Origin: a virus
Lineage: Duplodnaviria > Caudoviricetes
IMG/VR virus record: IMGVR_UViG_3300032233_002001
Location: 1-31,686 of that record
Strand: one strand, 5' to 3'
DNA: 31,686 nt
Positions 9,465 to 18,063 of this stretch are shown here, one piece after another; within the stretch, counting starts at the first letter, position 1, and each line of letters opens with the position of its first letter. A program made the position numbers and the translations under genes. A model generated the notes under the pieces. That model worked only from the letters and a program-made list of their open reading frames with translations, was not told the origin of the DNA and did not search any database.

Positions 9465-11470
9465 TATAGATACGTCAGATCTAAAAGAAGTTTGTTTTTG
9501 ATAAAGTTATTTAACAAATCAATATCACTAATTGAAGAACCTTGTTGTGATTGTCCCTCAGAAGAAGAAGTAACAATAGTTTGTTGTTGATTTCGTGGTT
9601 GAGCAATTATAATATCTGGACCTCTTCTTTCTGGAGTGATAGAAAAGGGAGTAATTTGACCTTGTGGTGATGCTGGTGGTGATATTTGTGCTGGTGTTTG
9701 CGATTGCACTTGTGTTGGTGGAGATTGTCTAGATTGCTGTTCTGATGTGGGTTGTCTAGATTGCTGTGCAGAATCTAATGGAGTATTGGGTGTGGATATT
9801 ACCTTTCCACCAAGAGAAACATAATTATTATAAACAGAAGAAGGATCAACTGGTCCAGATGATTTGGATGGGTAATATTCAAAATGTAAATGTGGTCCTG
9901 TTGCGTTTCCAATTCCAGGACCACCCATAGCAGCAAGATAAGCTATAATTTGACCAGCCTTAACTCTCTGACCTGGAGAAACCTTAAAATTATTGACATG
10001 AAGATATCTACTTTGCGTCCCATCATCATGTGTAATTAAAACCATTCCCATATTTCCCCTATCAATAAATGCATATTCAACTATTCCACCCTTTTTTAAG
10101 ACAACTGGAGTTCCTTCAGTTTTTCCATTTTTAGAAACAATATCAACACCATAATGCATTCTTCCCCATCTCCAGCCATATCCAGATGTTAACATCGTTT
10201 CTTTTGGTTGAATAACGACTGAAGATGATGTATTCGATTGGCCTACTTGTTGTGATTGTGATTGTGAAGAAGAATTTAAAGATGACTGATAAGTTGATTG
10301 CAAATCTCTTATTTTTTTTGTTGGTTGATTATAATTATTTCCAGGAAATGATGCCCATTCTGGAGATAGTTTTTTAATAACTGCGTCACTAAGACCCTCT
10401 CTTTTTAACACTTCCGCACTTACACCTCTTGCAGCTGCTAAGCGAAGTGCCATTTCATCTTGAAAACTTTGATCAAATTTTCTATTCATATCCATTCCTA
10501 ATGCTCTAGCTTTTTGAGCAATACCGATTATTTGATATGCACCAACAGCAGCGGAACTTCCACCACTAAATTTTGATTGAGGATCTTGTAAAAATTTAGT
10601 AACTAACTTTTCAACTTCATTTGCAGACAATTTTGTAAGATCTCCATATTTTGCTTGTCCCGATTTATCACCAAAAAACATACTATATCCAGTTGATCCA
10701 GAAGTACCTTCAGCAAATCTAATAGTTTTTAATAACGCCTGTTGCTCTTTAGTTCCATATCCCGAAACAGGTTCATTTCCCCCATCAGGATTATAAGGAG
10801 GTGGTTCAGGATAAGCACCTTCATTTGTTTGTTCAGTTCCCAGTTTAGGGATGTCTTTACCACTATATTTTCCTTCAGTAAGTGGTGTTGTAACTAAACC
10901 AAGTGCCTCTTCAATCCTACTTCCCATATTCCCAACATTTGAATTCAAATCATTTAAAGCACTTTTAATTTTGTTTGATGAATCAAGAAAATCAAATCTT
11001 GATAGATTTTCTCCAGTAGCACTTAAAAGATTTCCAAAACTATTAAACATTTTAAGTGTATCATTAAAAAATCCAGATGTGATTTCTCCAGCTCTTTTTA
11101 TTCTTGCTAAAAATTCTTCACCAATTCCAATCCATGTTGGAAGATTATTCATAATCCAACCAGCGGAAAGATAACCAATAAATCCTATAATACGTTCAAA
11201 CCATCCTTTACTTGTGTCTTGCTGAGCTAATTGTGATGCACCATCTCTTTGTGTTACTACTCTTGGCGCTTCAAGTTCATCTTCAAGTTGCTGTCTTCTT
11301 TCATTTTCTTCTCTTCTTTTTTCCAAAAAATTAGTTTGAGAATATGAATCTCTTTTAAACTTTTGGCGATTAAAAAGAATTCTATTAATATTTCTCATTC
11401 CAGCTCTATTTTTAGAGAGATTATTTTGAGATTGTGATAGAATTTTAAAAATTGGTGATTGTACTGACAT
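9464..11470 (-). CDS. Tail-associated dual peptidoglycan hydrolase: coiled coil, lambda-like lysozyme and M23 endopeptidase
   Basis: ALLKTIRFAEGT...AAVGAYQI...QDEMAL...EWASFP (muramidase); HYGVDI...YLH...GPHLHFE (M23 Zn ligands). Confidence 0.85.
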   Translation of the reverse strand: MSVQSPIFKILSQSQNNLSKNRAGMRNINRILFNRQKFKRDSYSQTNFLEKRREENERRQQLEDELEAPRVVTQRDGASQLAQQDTSKGWFERIIGFIGYLSAGWIMNNLPTWIGIGEEFLARIKRAGEITSGFFNDTLKMFNSFGNLLSATGENLSRFDFLDSSNKIKSALNDLNSNVGNMGSRIEEALGLVTTPLTEGKYSGKDIPKLGTEQTNEGAYPEPPPYNPDGGNEPVSGYGTKEQQALLKTIRFAEGTSGSTGYSMFFGDKSGQAKYGDLTKLSANEVEKLVTKFLQDPQSKFSGGSSAAVGAYQIIGIAQKARALGMDMNRKFDQSFQDEMALRLAAARGVSAEVLKREGLSDAVIKKLSPEWASFPGNNYNQPTKKIRDLQSTYQSSLNSSSQSQSQQVGQSNTSSSVVIQPKETMLTSGYGWRWGRMHYGVDIVSKNGKTEGTPVVLKKGGIVEYAFIDRGNMGMVLITHDDGTQSRYLHVNNFKVSPGQRVKAGQIIAYLAAMGGPGIGNATGPHLHFEYYPSKSSGPVDPSSVYNNYVSLGGKVISTPNTPLDSAQQSRQPTSEQQSRQSPPTQVQSQTPAQISPPASPQGQITPFSITPERRGPDIIIAQPRNQQQTIVTSSSEGQSQQGSSISDIDLLNNFIKNKLLLDLTYL

Positions 11471-11471
11471 T

Positions 11472-13169
11472 TTACATTACCACATTATAACTTACTTGTG
11501 AATATAGGGAATAAAAATTATCAGGATTTGCAGAAGGAATGAATGGAACATCGGTTAAAGGTTCCTGTTGAGGAGCAGAAACTTGTGTTCTATCAGTTCC
11601 TCCACCGGCCATAATAATATTTGGCTGTGGTTCTGGAAGTGTTCCAACTGGCGTTTCCTGTTTTGGTGGAGATTGAATATTTGCAGGTTCTTTCAGTTTC
11701 ATCTCATTCCAATCATACCCTTTACTCTTAGCCCATTCTTTAGCTTGCAGTTTCTGCTCATCCGTCATTTTTTCCCACGCATCTTCAATTTTTCCTCTTG
11801 CCATAGGATTATTTCTATACTGCCAAGCCATTTCAAACTTTTTAACCATGTCTGCACTAGGAGCAGAAGGCATCATAGTTGTTTGTGGAGAAATTGTTGG
11901 GGTTTCTGTTGGTGTTGGAGTTGGAGTTTGTGTTGGTGTAGGAGTAATTGTTGGTGTGGTAGGAGTAGAAAGTGTAGGTTGTGAGTTTGATTCTGCAGAG
12001 GATGGTTGTGAGGGAGTACCACTAGATTGATCTTCAGATGTATTACTTCCCATAAGACCATTAAACTCACCTTTACCATATCCATATAAAGTTCTAGCAC
12101 CTAAACCAAGCCATCCTAAAGGTCCAGGAAGCCCAGAAGATGCGCTCAAAGCTGCTCCTAAATAATCACCCTGACTTAAATCAATTCCAGTTGACAAAGC
12201 AGCAAGACCTTGCTGAAGTCCAGGAATAAGTCTACTTCCAGTTTTTGCTGCAGCACCCTCAGCAGCACCTCCAGCACCTTTAATTCCTACACCTTTGATA
12301 GCATTAAACATTCTACTTATTATATTACCACCAACCGCTGCTACCTTTGCCTCTCCTCTTGCCGCATTTGCGGCTCCAGCAGCAACTTGAGCCTCGCGTC
12401 CGCCAATTCCTAATTGTCTTCCTAATACTTGAAATGGAGCTAAAGCAATTCTAGCAGTTAATCCTACAATTCTAAGAGATAATCCAGTAATTGTTCTCAT
12501 TAAGAGATTAAATCCTAATTTTACTGCAGCAAAAGCACCAACTGCATATAAAATATTTTTAATTACATTTCCTTTAATTTCTTCTAGCTTTTTCTTATCA
12601 CCAGCAGCAAGTGCTTTAAGTGTTTCAATTCCTTCATTAGTCAACCAACCAAAGAATAATGTAGTCAACGCTCCCATTATGCGATCAAAAAGACTTGTAA
12701 TATTTTTTTGAAGTCTTACAATCGGTCTTGCTAAAGCTGAAGTAATATTCTGCTCAAGTTGGCTCTCTTTTCCTTCACGAATTTTTCTTTCTAATAATCT
12801 TCTTCGATTTTCTTGTTCTTGTCTCAGTTGAGTTTGTTCTAAAGAACTTTCTGTTTGTAGTTGTGTTGCAAGCTGATTAATATTATTACCCAAATCTACA
12901 ATTTGAGTTTGAATAACCCCTAAACTTTGTCCCAAAGAACTTATAGTTTCTTCGTTTCTTTGGATTCTTAAATCTTGATTACCATCAACTAAACTAACTT
13001 GTGGTCTTACAACTATTCCACCACCTCCTCCAGAATTTGAATTTCCTCCAGACCCACCACCTCCTGTAGGAACGGAACCTCTACCTCCACCAGAAACTAC
13101 TGAACGTGAAATCGTTGATGCTGCAGTATCTATAGTTTGGCCGATAGGAGATGATGTTATTTTAGCCAT
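11472..13169 (-). CDS. Tape-measure/baseplate-hub-like protein (gp29-like candidate)
   Basis: Coiled coil, Gly/Ala-rich amphipathic segments and a Pro/Thr linker; follows gp26-gp51. Confidence 0.5.
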   Translation of the reverse strand: MAKITSSPIGQTIDTAASTISRSVVSGGGRGSVPTGGGGSGGNSNSGGGGGIVVRPQVSLVDGNQDLRIQRNEETISSLGQSLGVIQTQIVDLGNNINQLATQLQTESSLEQTQLRQEQENRRRLLERKIREGKESQLEQNITSALARPIVRLQKNITSLFDRIMGALTTLFFGWLTNEGIETLKALAAGDKKKLEEIKGNVIKNILYAVGAFAAVKLGFNLLMRTITGLSLRIVGLTARIALAPFQVLGRQLGIGGREAQVAAGAANAARGEAKVAAVGGNIISRMFNAIKGVGIKGAGGAAEGAAAKTGSRLIPGLQQGLAALSTGIDLSQGDYLGAALSASSGLPGPLGWLGLGARTLYGYGKGEFNGLMGSNTSEDQSSGTPSQPSSAESNSQPTLSTPTTPTITPTPTQTPTPTPTETPTISPQTTMMPSAPSADMVKKFEMAWQYRNNPMARGKIEDAWEKMTDEQKLQAKEWAKSKGYDWNEMKLKEPANIQSPPKQETPVGTLPEPQPNIIMAGGGTDRTQVSAPQQEPLTDVPFIPSANPDNFYSLYSQVSYNVVM

Positions 13170-13338
13170 TTGAATTGCCGTTCTTTAGATTTTCTTCTTC
13201 AATATATTGTTGAAGTAGGCTAATATAAACTTCCCTTTCCCAAGGAATCATATTTTCTAACTCTGTTAATGAGTATTTATGATGCTGAACCAGGGCAAAA
13301 TTCGTTTTATAGAATGACGCTAGGTCTTCATGCGCCAT
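13162..13338 (-). CDS. gp51: Baseplate hub assembly catalyst gp51 (58 aa; not in ORF track)
   Basis: MAHEDLASFYKTNFALVQHHKYSLTELENMIPWEREVYISLLQQYIEEENLK carries the gp51 'M.PWERE.Y' motif. Confidence 0.85.
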   Translation of the reverse strand: MAHEDLASFYKTNFALVQHHKYSLTELENMIPWEREVYISLLQQYIEEENLKNGNSNG

Positions 13339-13353
13339 TCCTAGGCGAAAAAA
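13311..13353 (-). promoter_or_regulatory. Putative -1 programmed ribosomal frameshift element (T TTT TTC plus downstream hairpin)
   Basis: Heptamer at 13353-13347 in the gp26 frame; 6-nt spacer; stem 13340-13332 pairs with 13320-13312; the -1 frame reads into gp51. Confidence 0.6.
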
Positions 13354-14057
13354 GATGTTAATCCTTCTAATACAACTTCACTTTCAACTCCAGTATTTGG
13401 ATTTTTAATCTTAATAGTGTGTGAAAGTTTCGGCATCGTCTCAAAGAACTTCTCAACTTGTTTAAATTGCTTGGAAGTTAATTGTTCCAAAAAGTCCTTG
13501 AGTTCTTTTTTTGAAACATCAGATGCTGTCCACGACTCATCTTCACTGTAAACTTGCTCAATACAAGAACAAATCATATCAAAAGTATCATCAACAGAAA
13601 TATTACCATCGGTAAAGTTGTTTTTTACAAATTCATTCATGGATGGATATTTCATTCTCAAAGTCAAATTATCATCTAACTTTATATCTCTTATATGATC
13701 TTCTCTAAATTCTACTTGAATATCATCTAAATTGATACTTATTGGAACTTGAGTTCTTCCATCATCAGGGCAAGTAATTAATACATCCACATTTTCTCCA
13801 ACAGACTTTCCACGAACATTTAGAAAAAGATATTCAATATCAAAAGTAGCTAATTGATCTACTTTAATGCCACGACTTACAATACAATTGCCAATTACAT
13901 TTTTAACTGCTTCGGTAATTTGTTTTGGATCTTCACTTTCCATCGCAATAATTAAAATCTTTTCTTCCTTAACAAGAAAAGGACGATACTTAACCGTCTT
14001 TTTTAATGATGGGATTTCCAACTCATATGTTGGTGTAGCAATTTTTGGTAAAGGCAT
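13341..14057 (-). CDS. gp26: Baseplate hub subunit/assembly chaperone gp26
   Basis: MPLPKIATPTYEL...KYRPFLVKEEKILI...FDIEYLFLNVRGKSVGE...FFETMPKL. Confidence 0.9.
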   Translation of the reverse strand: MPLPKIATPTYELEIPSLKKTVKYRPFLVKEEKILIIAMESEDPKQITEAVKNVIGNCIVSRGIKVDQLATFDIEYLFLNVRGKSVGENVDVLITCPDDGRTQVPISINLDDIQVEFREDHIRDIKLDDNLTLRMKYPSMNEFVKNNFTDGNISVDDTFDMICSCIEQVYSEDESWTASDVSKKELKDFLEQLTSKQFKQVEKFFETMPKLSHTIKIKNPNTGVESEVVLEGLTSFFA

Positions 14058-14084
14058 AATAACCTATAAAACTTCAGGTTTAAT

Positions 14085-14091
14085 TATTTAG
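14085..14091 (-). promoter_or_regulatory. Late-promoter variant CTAAATA upstream of gp26
   Basis: The same heptamer recurs upstream of the tube gene, gp4 and gp48. Confidence 0.55.
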
Positions 14092-14098
14092 AAGCAAT

Positions 14099-14872
14099 TT
14101 AAATAATTCTTTGAGTAGTAAATGTTGCAGTTAAAGCATTTGCTTGATCCGTTAATGGTTGAGGAAGTAATGTCTGCCTCAAAAGTTCATCTGCTGATTG
14201 TGGAGAAGGTGGGGAACTATTTTTTGTAGTTAATGGATCAAGATTATTATTATCTCCAATAATACTTTGATTGAGTGATAAGGTTCTTCCTGCAATATAG
14301 CGGTCGTAAGAAAATGAGGCTGATACTTTTAAAACATCAGTAGTAACATAACTCACTGGAATTGAACTTATGGCTGCTGGAAATAATCCTCTAAAATTAT
14401 ATTCAACTTCTTTTCTATAATCTCTATCAAACTTTACAATAGTTGTTTGATTTGTTTTGTAATATGATGGATATTGCATTCTTGCAAAATATCCATCAAG
14501 ATTTTGACTTACTGAAGATCCACTTGCAATAAATTCCATCCAACATTCCAAGAAGTTCAACATTCTATAATCACTATCTACATAAAAATCAAGTGATATT
14601 GTATCATACTGTCTGGTATGAGCAAACTTTTCTTGAATTCCCATATAATTTCCATCGACAGTAAAAGATGCCAATTGTGTTGTGGGAAGAGACGCAGAAT
14701 AACAAAGAAGACCTGCACTTTCTGCAATAAACCGTGTATCAACTCCTTTTGATGCCAAATAAATCATTAATTTTGGTGGCAAGGTTCCAAATCTCACTTC
14801 ATAATGAGAAGTCTGCGCAAGATTTGTTAGTAATGGTTTAATATCTGATATTTTACGGGGAGTTACTGGCAC
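14099..14872 (-). CDS. Tail-tube-fold protein (gp54 tube initiator/gp19-like), GTG start
   Basis: LCYSASLP...YDTISLDFYVD...FLECWMEFI...LFPAAISSIPVSY...SFSYDRY tube-family pattern. Confidence 0.7.
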   Translation of the reverse strand: MPVTPRKISDIKPLLTNLAQTSHYEVRFGTLPPKLMIYLASKGVDTRFIAESAGLLCYSASLPTTQLASFTVDGNYMGIQEKFAHTRQYDTISLDFYVDSDYRMLNFLECWMEFIASGSSVSQNLDGYFARMQYPSYYKTNQTTIVKFDRDYRKEVEYNFRGLFPAAISSIPVSYVTTDVLKVSASFSYDRYIAGRTLSLNQSIIGDNNNLDPLTTKNSSPPSPQSADELLRQTLLPQPLTDQANALTATFTTQRII

Positions 14873-14873
14873 T

Positions 14874-14912
14874 CTAAATACCTTATATGGGTAGTATACT
14901 ACAGTTATTTAG
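14874..14912. promoter_or_regulatory. Opposed late promoters (CTAAATA on + at 14874-14880, on - at 14912-14906) flanking a 12-bp palindrome
   Basis: Directly visible; GTAGTATACTAC at 14891-14902. Confidence 0.6.
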
Positions 14913-15350
14913 ATGTCATATAAAGGAAAATACAAACCTTCATTTCCAGAAAAATACAAAGGCGACCCAACGAATATCATATATCGTTCTTTATGGGAAC
15001 GAAAATTCATGGTTTATTGTGACACAAATCAAAACATTATGGAGTGGTCAAATGAAGAAATGTTTGTTTGGTATAAATCTCCGATTGATGGTAAGCCTCA
15101 TAGATACTTTCCAGACTTTCTAATTAAGGTTAAAGAAAGTAATGGAGCGATTAAAAAATATATGATTGAGATTAAACCAAAGAAACAAACTGTTCCACCA
15201 CCAAAGCCTAAGAGGCAAACGAAACAATATATTAGTGAAGTTTATGAGTATGCAAAAAACCAATCTAAATGGGAAGCTGCAAAAGAGTGGTGTGCTGATA
15301 GAGGATATGAATTCAAAATAATCACAGAAGCAGAACTTAACATTAAGTAA
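14913..15350 (+). CDS. gp4: Head completion protein gp4 (TnsA-like nuclease fold)
   Basis: KYKGDPTNIIYRSLWE...HRYFPDF...IEIKP...NQSKWEAA...FKIITE. Confidence 0.92.
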   Translation: MSYKGKYKPSFPEKYKGDPTNIIYRSLWERKFMVYCDTNQNIMEWSNEEMFVWYKSPIDGKPHRYFPDFLIKVKESNGAIKKYMIEIKPKKQTVPPPKPKRQTKQYISEVYEYAKNQSKWEAAKEWCADRGYEFKIITEAELNIK

Positions 15351-15733
15351 TGGCTAGAAAACCTTCAAGTCAAAGAACTTCAAAAAGAAATCGTGTTTCT
15401 AATATTGTGAAAAATTTAATCGGTACTGAAAGTGCCGATGATATCATGCTTGAATTAATGGATGTTTTAACAGAGACGAATGACCCCCCAAGACCAGGAG
15501 CACTTTATGTATTTGTTTATAATGCAAAAACTCCAAACATAAGATATGACCAAAATCCATTAATTATTGTTACAGGAGTTTATCGGTGGGGATTTAGAGG
15601 ATTTAATTATCACTGGGGAAAAGAAAGAAACTATACTTGGGATGAAGTTGCTGGAGGAATGTATGAAGTTTATAAAGAAGAACTTAGTGATTTAAGAAGA
15701 TTGCCTTTTGGAAATATTCGTCTAAATAGTTAG
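15350..15733 (+). CDS. gp2: DNA end protector gp2-like protein
   Basis: PGALYVFVYNAKT...YDQNPLI...GFRGFNYHW; adjacent to gp4. Confidence 0.6.
   Translation: MARKPSSQRTSKRNRVSNIVKNLIGTESADDIMLELMDVLTETNDPPRPGALYVFVYNAKTPNIRYDQNPLIIVTGVYRWGFRGFNYHWGKERNYTWDEVAGGMYEVYKEELSDLRRLPFGNIRLNS
15722..15728 (+). promoter_or_regulatory. Late-promoter variant CTAAATA upstream of gp48
   Basis: 14 nt before the ATG at 15743. Confidence 0.55.
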
Positions 15734-15742
15734 AAAAAATAA

Positions 15743-16795
15743 ATGGCGGATAATTTATTTACAACACCATTATCATCTGCTGCACAAAACGCATCTATAA
15801 ATGCGTATAGAGCTGCCAGTACTCCTACTAACTCCACTCCCACCCCCACTGCACCTACAAGTACACCATCAAGTTCTCGTGGAAAAAAACCACCAGAATT
15901 TAGATATCCTCAAAAAGCTTTATACAATAAAACTGACTATATTAAGATAGATTGTTATGAATATGAGCCTCCGGGATTAAATTTACCATCGGAAGGAAGT
16001 TTTACTTTTGCACAAAATAGTTCTGATGATACTTATAGATCCTTAAGTACTAAGACAATCAGAGGAACTCTAATTTTACCCATTCCTCAAACAATTCCTA
16101 TGAGTGGGCAAGCAGTTGAATGGACTGGCGGCAAGATGGGGCCTCTTGCAACAGCAACATTAGGAATATCAGAACAAACTTTAAAAAGTCAAAATTATTT
16201 AAAAGGGCTTACTTCATCTTTAACATCAACAATCCTAGGAGTTAGTAAGGCCGCCCAAACTTCATTAGGTCAAAAAGCAATCTCAACTTTTTTTGCAGCA
16301 AAGGCGGCTGAACAATTATTAGGTCAAGATGATTTATTTAATCAAGCTTTAGCAAGAAGCACAGGTGCAGTTTTTAATGAAAATGTTGAACTTTTATTCA
16401 GAGGAATAACTCTTCGTTCTGCTTTTGATTTTACGTTTGACTTAGCACCAAGAGATGAAAAAGAAGCTCAAGTCATTCGGAATATGATAATCTTTCTCAA
16501 AAAAGAGATGTCTGCCAGAAAAGGAAATTCTGGAGCTGGGGCTGGATTATTTTTAACTGCTCCTAGCGTATTTAAAATTCAATATATGAATGGTTCAAAA
16601 CCCCATCCATATTTGAATAAATTTAAGATATGTGCTCTACAAGATTTATCATTAAATTTTACTGCATCTAATACATACACAACATATGCTGATGGAACAC
16701 CAGTTCACATGCAGTTAGTATTGCGATTTCAAGAACTCACCCCAATTTATAATGAGGACTATGCAGCGCAAAACGAAACAGGAGTTGGATACTGA
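15743..16795 (+). CDS. gp48: Baseplate tail tube cap gp48
   Basis: NENVELLFRGITLR.AFDFTFDLAPRDEKEA...KICALQDLSLNF...LRFQELTPIY. Confidence 0.85.
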   Translation: MADNLFTTPLSSAAQNASINAYRAASTPTNSTPTPTAPTSTPSSSRGKKPPEFRYPQKALYNKTDYIKIDCYEYEPPGLNLPSEGSFTFAQNSSDDTYRSLSTKTIRGTLILPIPQTIPMSGQAVEWTGGKMGPLATATLGISEQTLKSQNYLKGLTSSLTSTILGVSKAAQTSLGQKAISTFFAAKAAEQLLGQDDLFNQALARSTGAVFNENVELLFRGITLRSAFDFTFDLAPRDEKEAQVIRNMIIFLKKEMSARKGNSGAGAGLFLTAPSVFKIQYMNGSKPHPYLNKFKICALQDLSLNFTASNTYTTYADGTPVHMQLVLRFQELTPIYNEDYAAQNETGVGY

Positions 16796-17484
16796 TGACT
16801 TACTTCAGAGAGCTACCAAATTTACAGTATCAATCATTTTTAAAAGATAGAAAATCTTCAAACGATTATCTACTTGTAAAAAATATATTTCGCAGAGTTA
16901 AACTTCGTGATGACCTACAAAATGTTTTTACCATATTCAACAAATATCAAATTCCTGATGGTGCCCGTCCAGAAATAGTTGCAGAAGAAATTTATGGCAA
17001 TGTTCAATATGACTGGGTTGTATTAATTACTGCAGGAATTACAAATGTAAGAGACCAGTGGCCTCTTTCAGATAGACAGATTTATCAATATTCTGAAGAA
17101 ATTTATGGAGAAGATATGAATAATATACATCACTACGAAACCACTGAAGTTAAAGATACTCAAGGAAGATTAATTCTTCCTGCAGGTAAAGTAGTTGATG
17201 AAGACTTTACAATATGCTATCAAGAAGGAATAACAACCTATACAAATGATAGCACTAAACTTGGAGAGAATGTGTTTTATATTCCAGACCCAGTTGTAGG
17301 TGTGACGAATTATGAATATGAAGTTGATAAAAATAATCAAAAAAGAAGTATCTATGTATTAAAACCTAGATACTTACAACAAGCTCTTCTTGATACAAGA
17401 AAAGAGATGACTTACGGAAAGTCATCTCAGTATGTAGATAATAAAACAATCAAAACTGAAAATACAAGAATTACATCACCATAA
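16795..17484 (+). CDS. gp53: Baseplate wedge subunit gp53
   Basis: YFRELPNLQY...KNIFRR...RPEIVAEEIYG...WVVL...QWP...IHHYET...TNYEYE. Confidence 0.9.
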   Translation: MTYFRELPNLQYQSFLKDRKSSNDYLLVKNIFRRVKLRDDLQNVFTIFNKYQIPDGARPEIVAEEIYGNVQYDWVVLITAGITNVRDQWPLSDRQIYQYSEEIYGEDMNNIHHYETTEVKDTQGRLILPAGKVVDEDFTICYQEGITTYTNDSTKLGENVFYIPDPVVGVTNYEYEVDKNNQKRSIYVLKPRYLQQALLDTRKEMTYGKSSQYVDNKTIKTENTRITSP

Positions 17485-18063
17485 AAGATTTAGAGACTTA
17501 TCAAAAATCATTACATAGCGGTGCTTGCGGGAGCGTTCTTTCCATTCTCCTTCAGCACCTTTCACTTTGCCTCTTGAGTGTTTAGTTCCATCTGCAAAGT
17601 AAAAGTCTTTCTTCGCATCAGTGAGCCCACAGTATTGAAAATTACATGCACGATAGATTGTGCCAGAATGGAAATCAATATCAGCGTAAGAAATAATTGC
17701 CCTAACTTCAGTGTCTTTTCGGAATTGTTTAATTGCTCTTGAAACAAACCAAGAAGTGATATTATATTCTTCCTCTTGAGTATCTGGATGAATACAAAGT
17801 CTAGAGAGTTCAAACAATCCTTGTTGCTGATTTCTTTCTAGACCAAAAGCACCTTTTGCAATTTCTGGAACTGGAAGTCCAGTAAAAATACAAATTCCTT
17901 GTAGTCCACCAATATTCAAAGGGCAAAAGTCATTATTTTTAAAAAGACCGTAGTTCCAACCAGACTTGAAATCTTTAGATAAGTCTTTAAGATAATGAAA
18001 CCGCAGAAGTAACTCTGCGGCTTCGGATTTACTTACACGGTCGATGTAGTAATCAGATTTCAC
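17476..18063 (-). CDS. Mom-like GNAT-fold protein, putative DNA adenine modification enzyme
   Basis: FELSRLCI...SWFVSRAIK...IISYAD...HSGTIYRACNFQYCG...KHRYV matches the Mu Mom family pattern; GTG start overlaps the gp32 stop. Confidence 0.7.
   Translation of the reverse strand: MKSDYYIDRVSKSEAAELLLRFHYLKDLSKDFKSGWNYGLFKNNDFCPLNIGGLQGICIFTGLPVPEIAKGAFGLERNQQQGLFELSRLCIHPDTQEEEYNITSWFVSRAIKQFRKDTEVRAIISYADIDFHSGTIYRACNFQYCGLTDAKKDFYFADGTKHSRGKVKGAEGEWKERSRKHRYVMIFDKSLNLLW

Noticed and set aside
14891-14902. Palindrome as an NtcA site
   Set aside because: Spacing is GTA-N6-TAC, not the GTA-N8-TAC consensus.
14887-15123. 78-aa plus-strand ORF overlapping gp4, and the other short nested or antisense ORFs in the track
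   Set aside because: They lie over well-supported genes and show no recognisable motifs.
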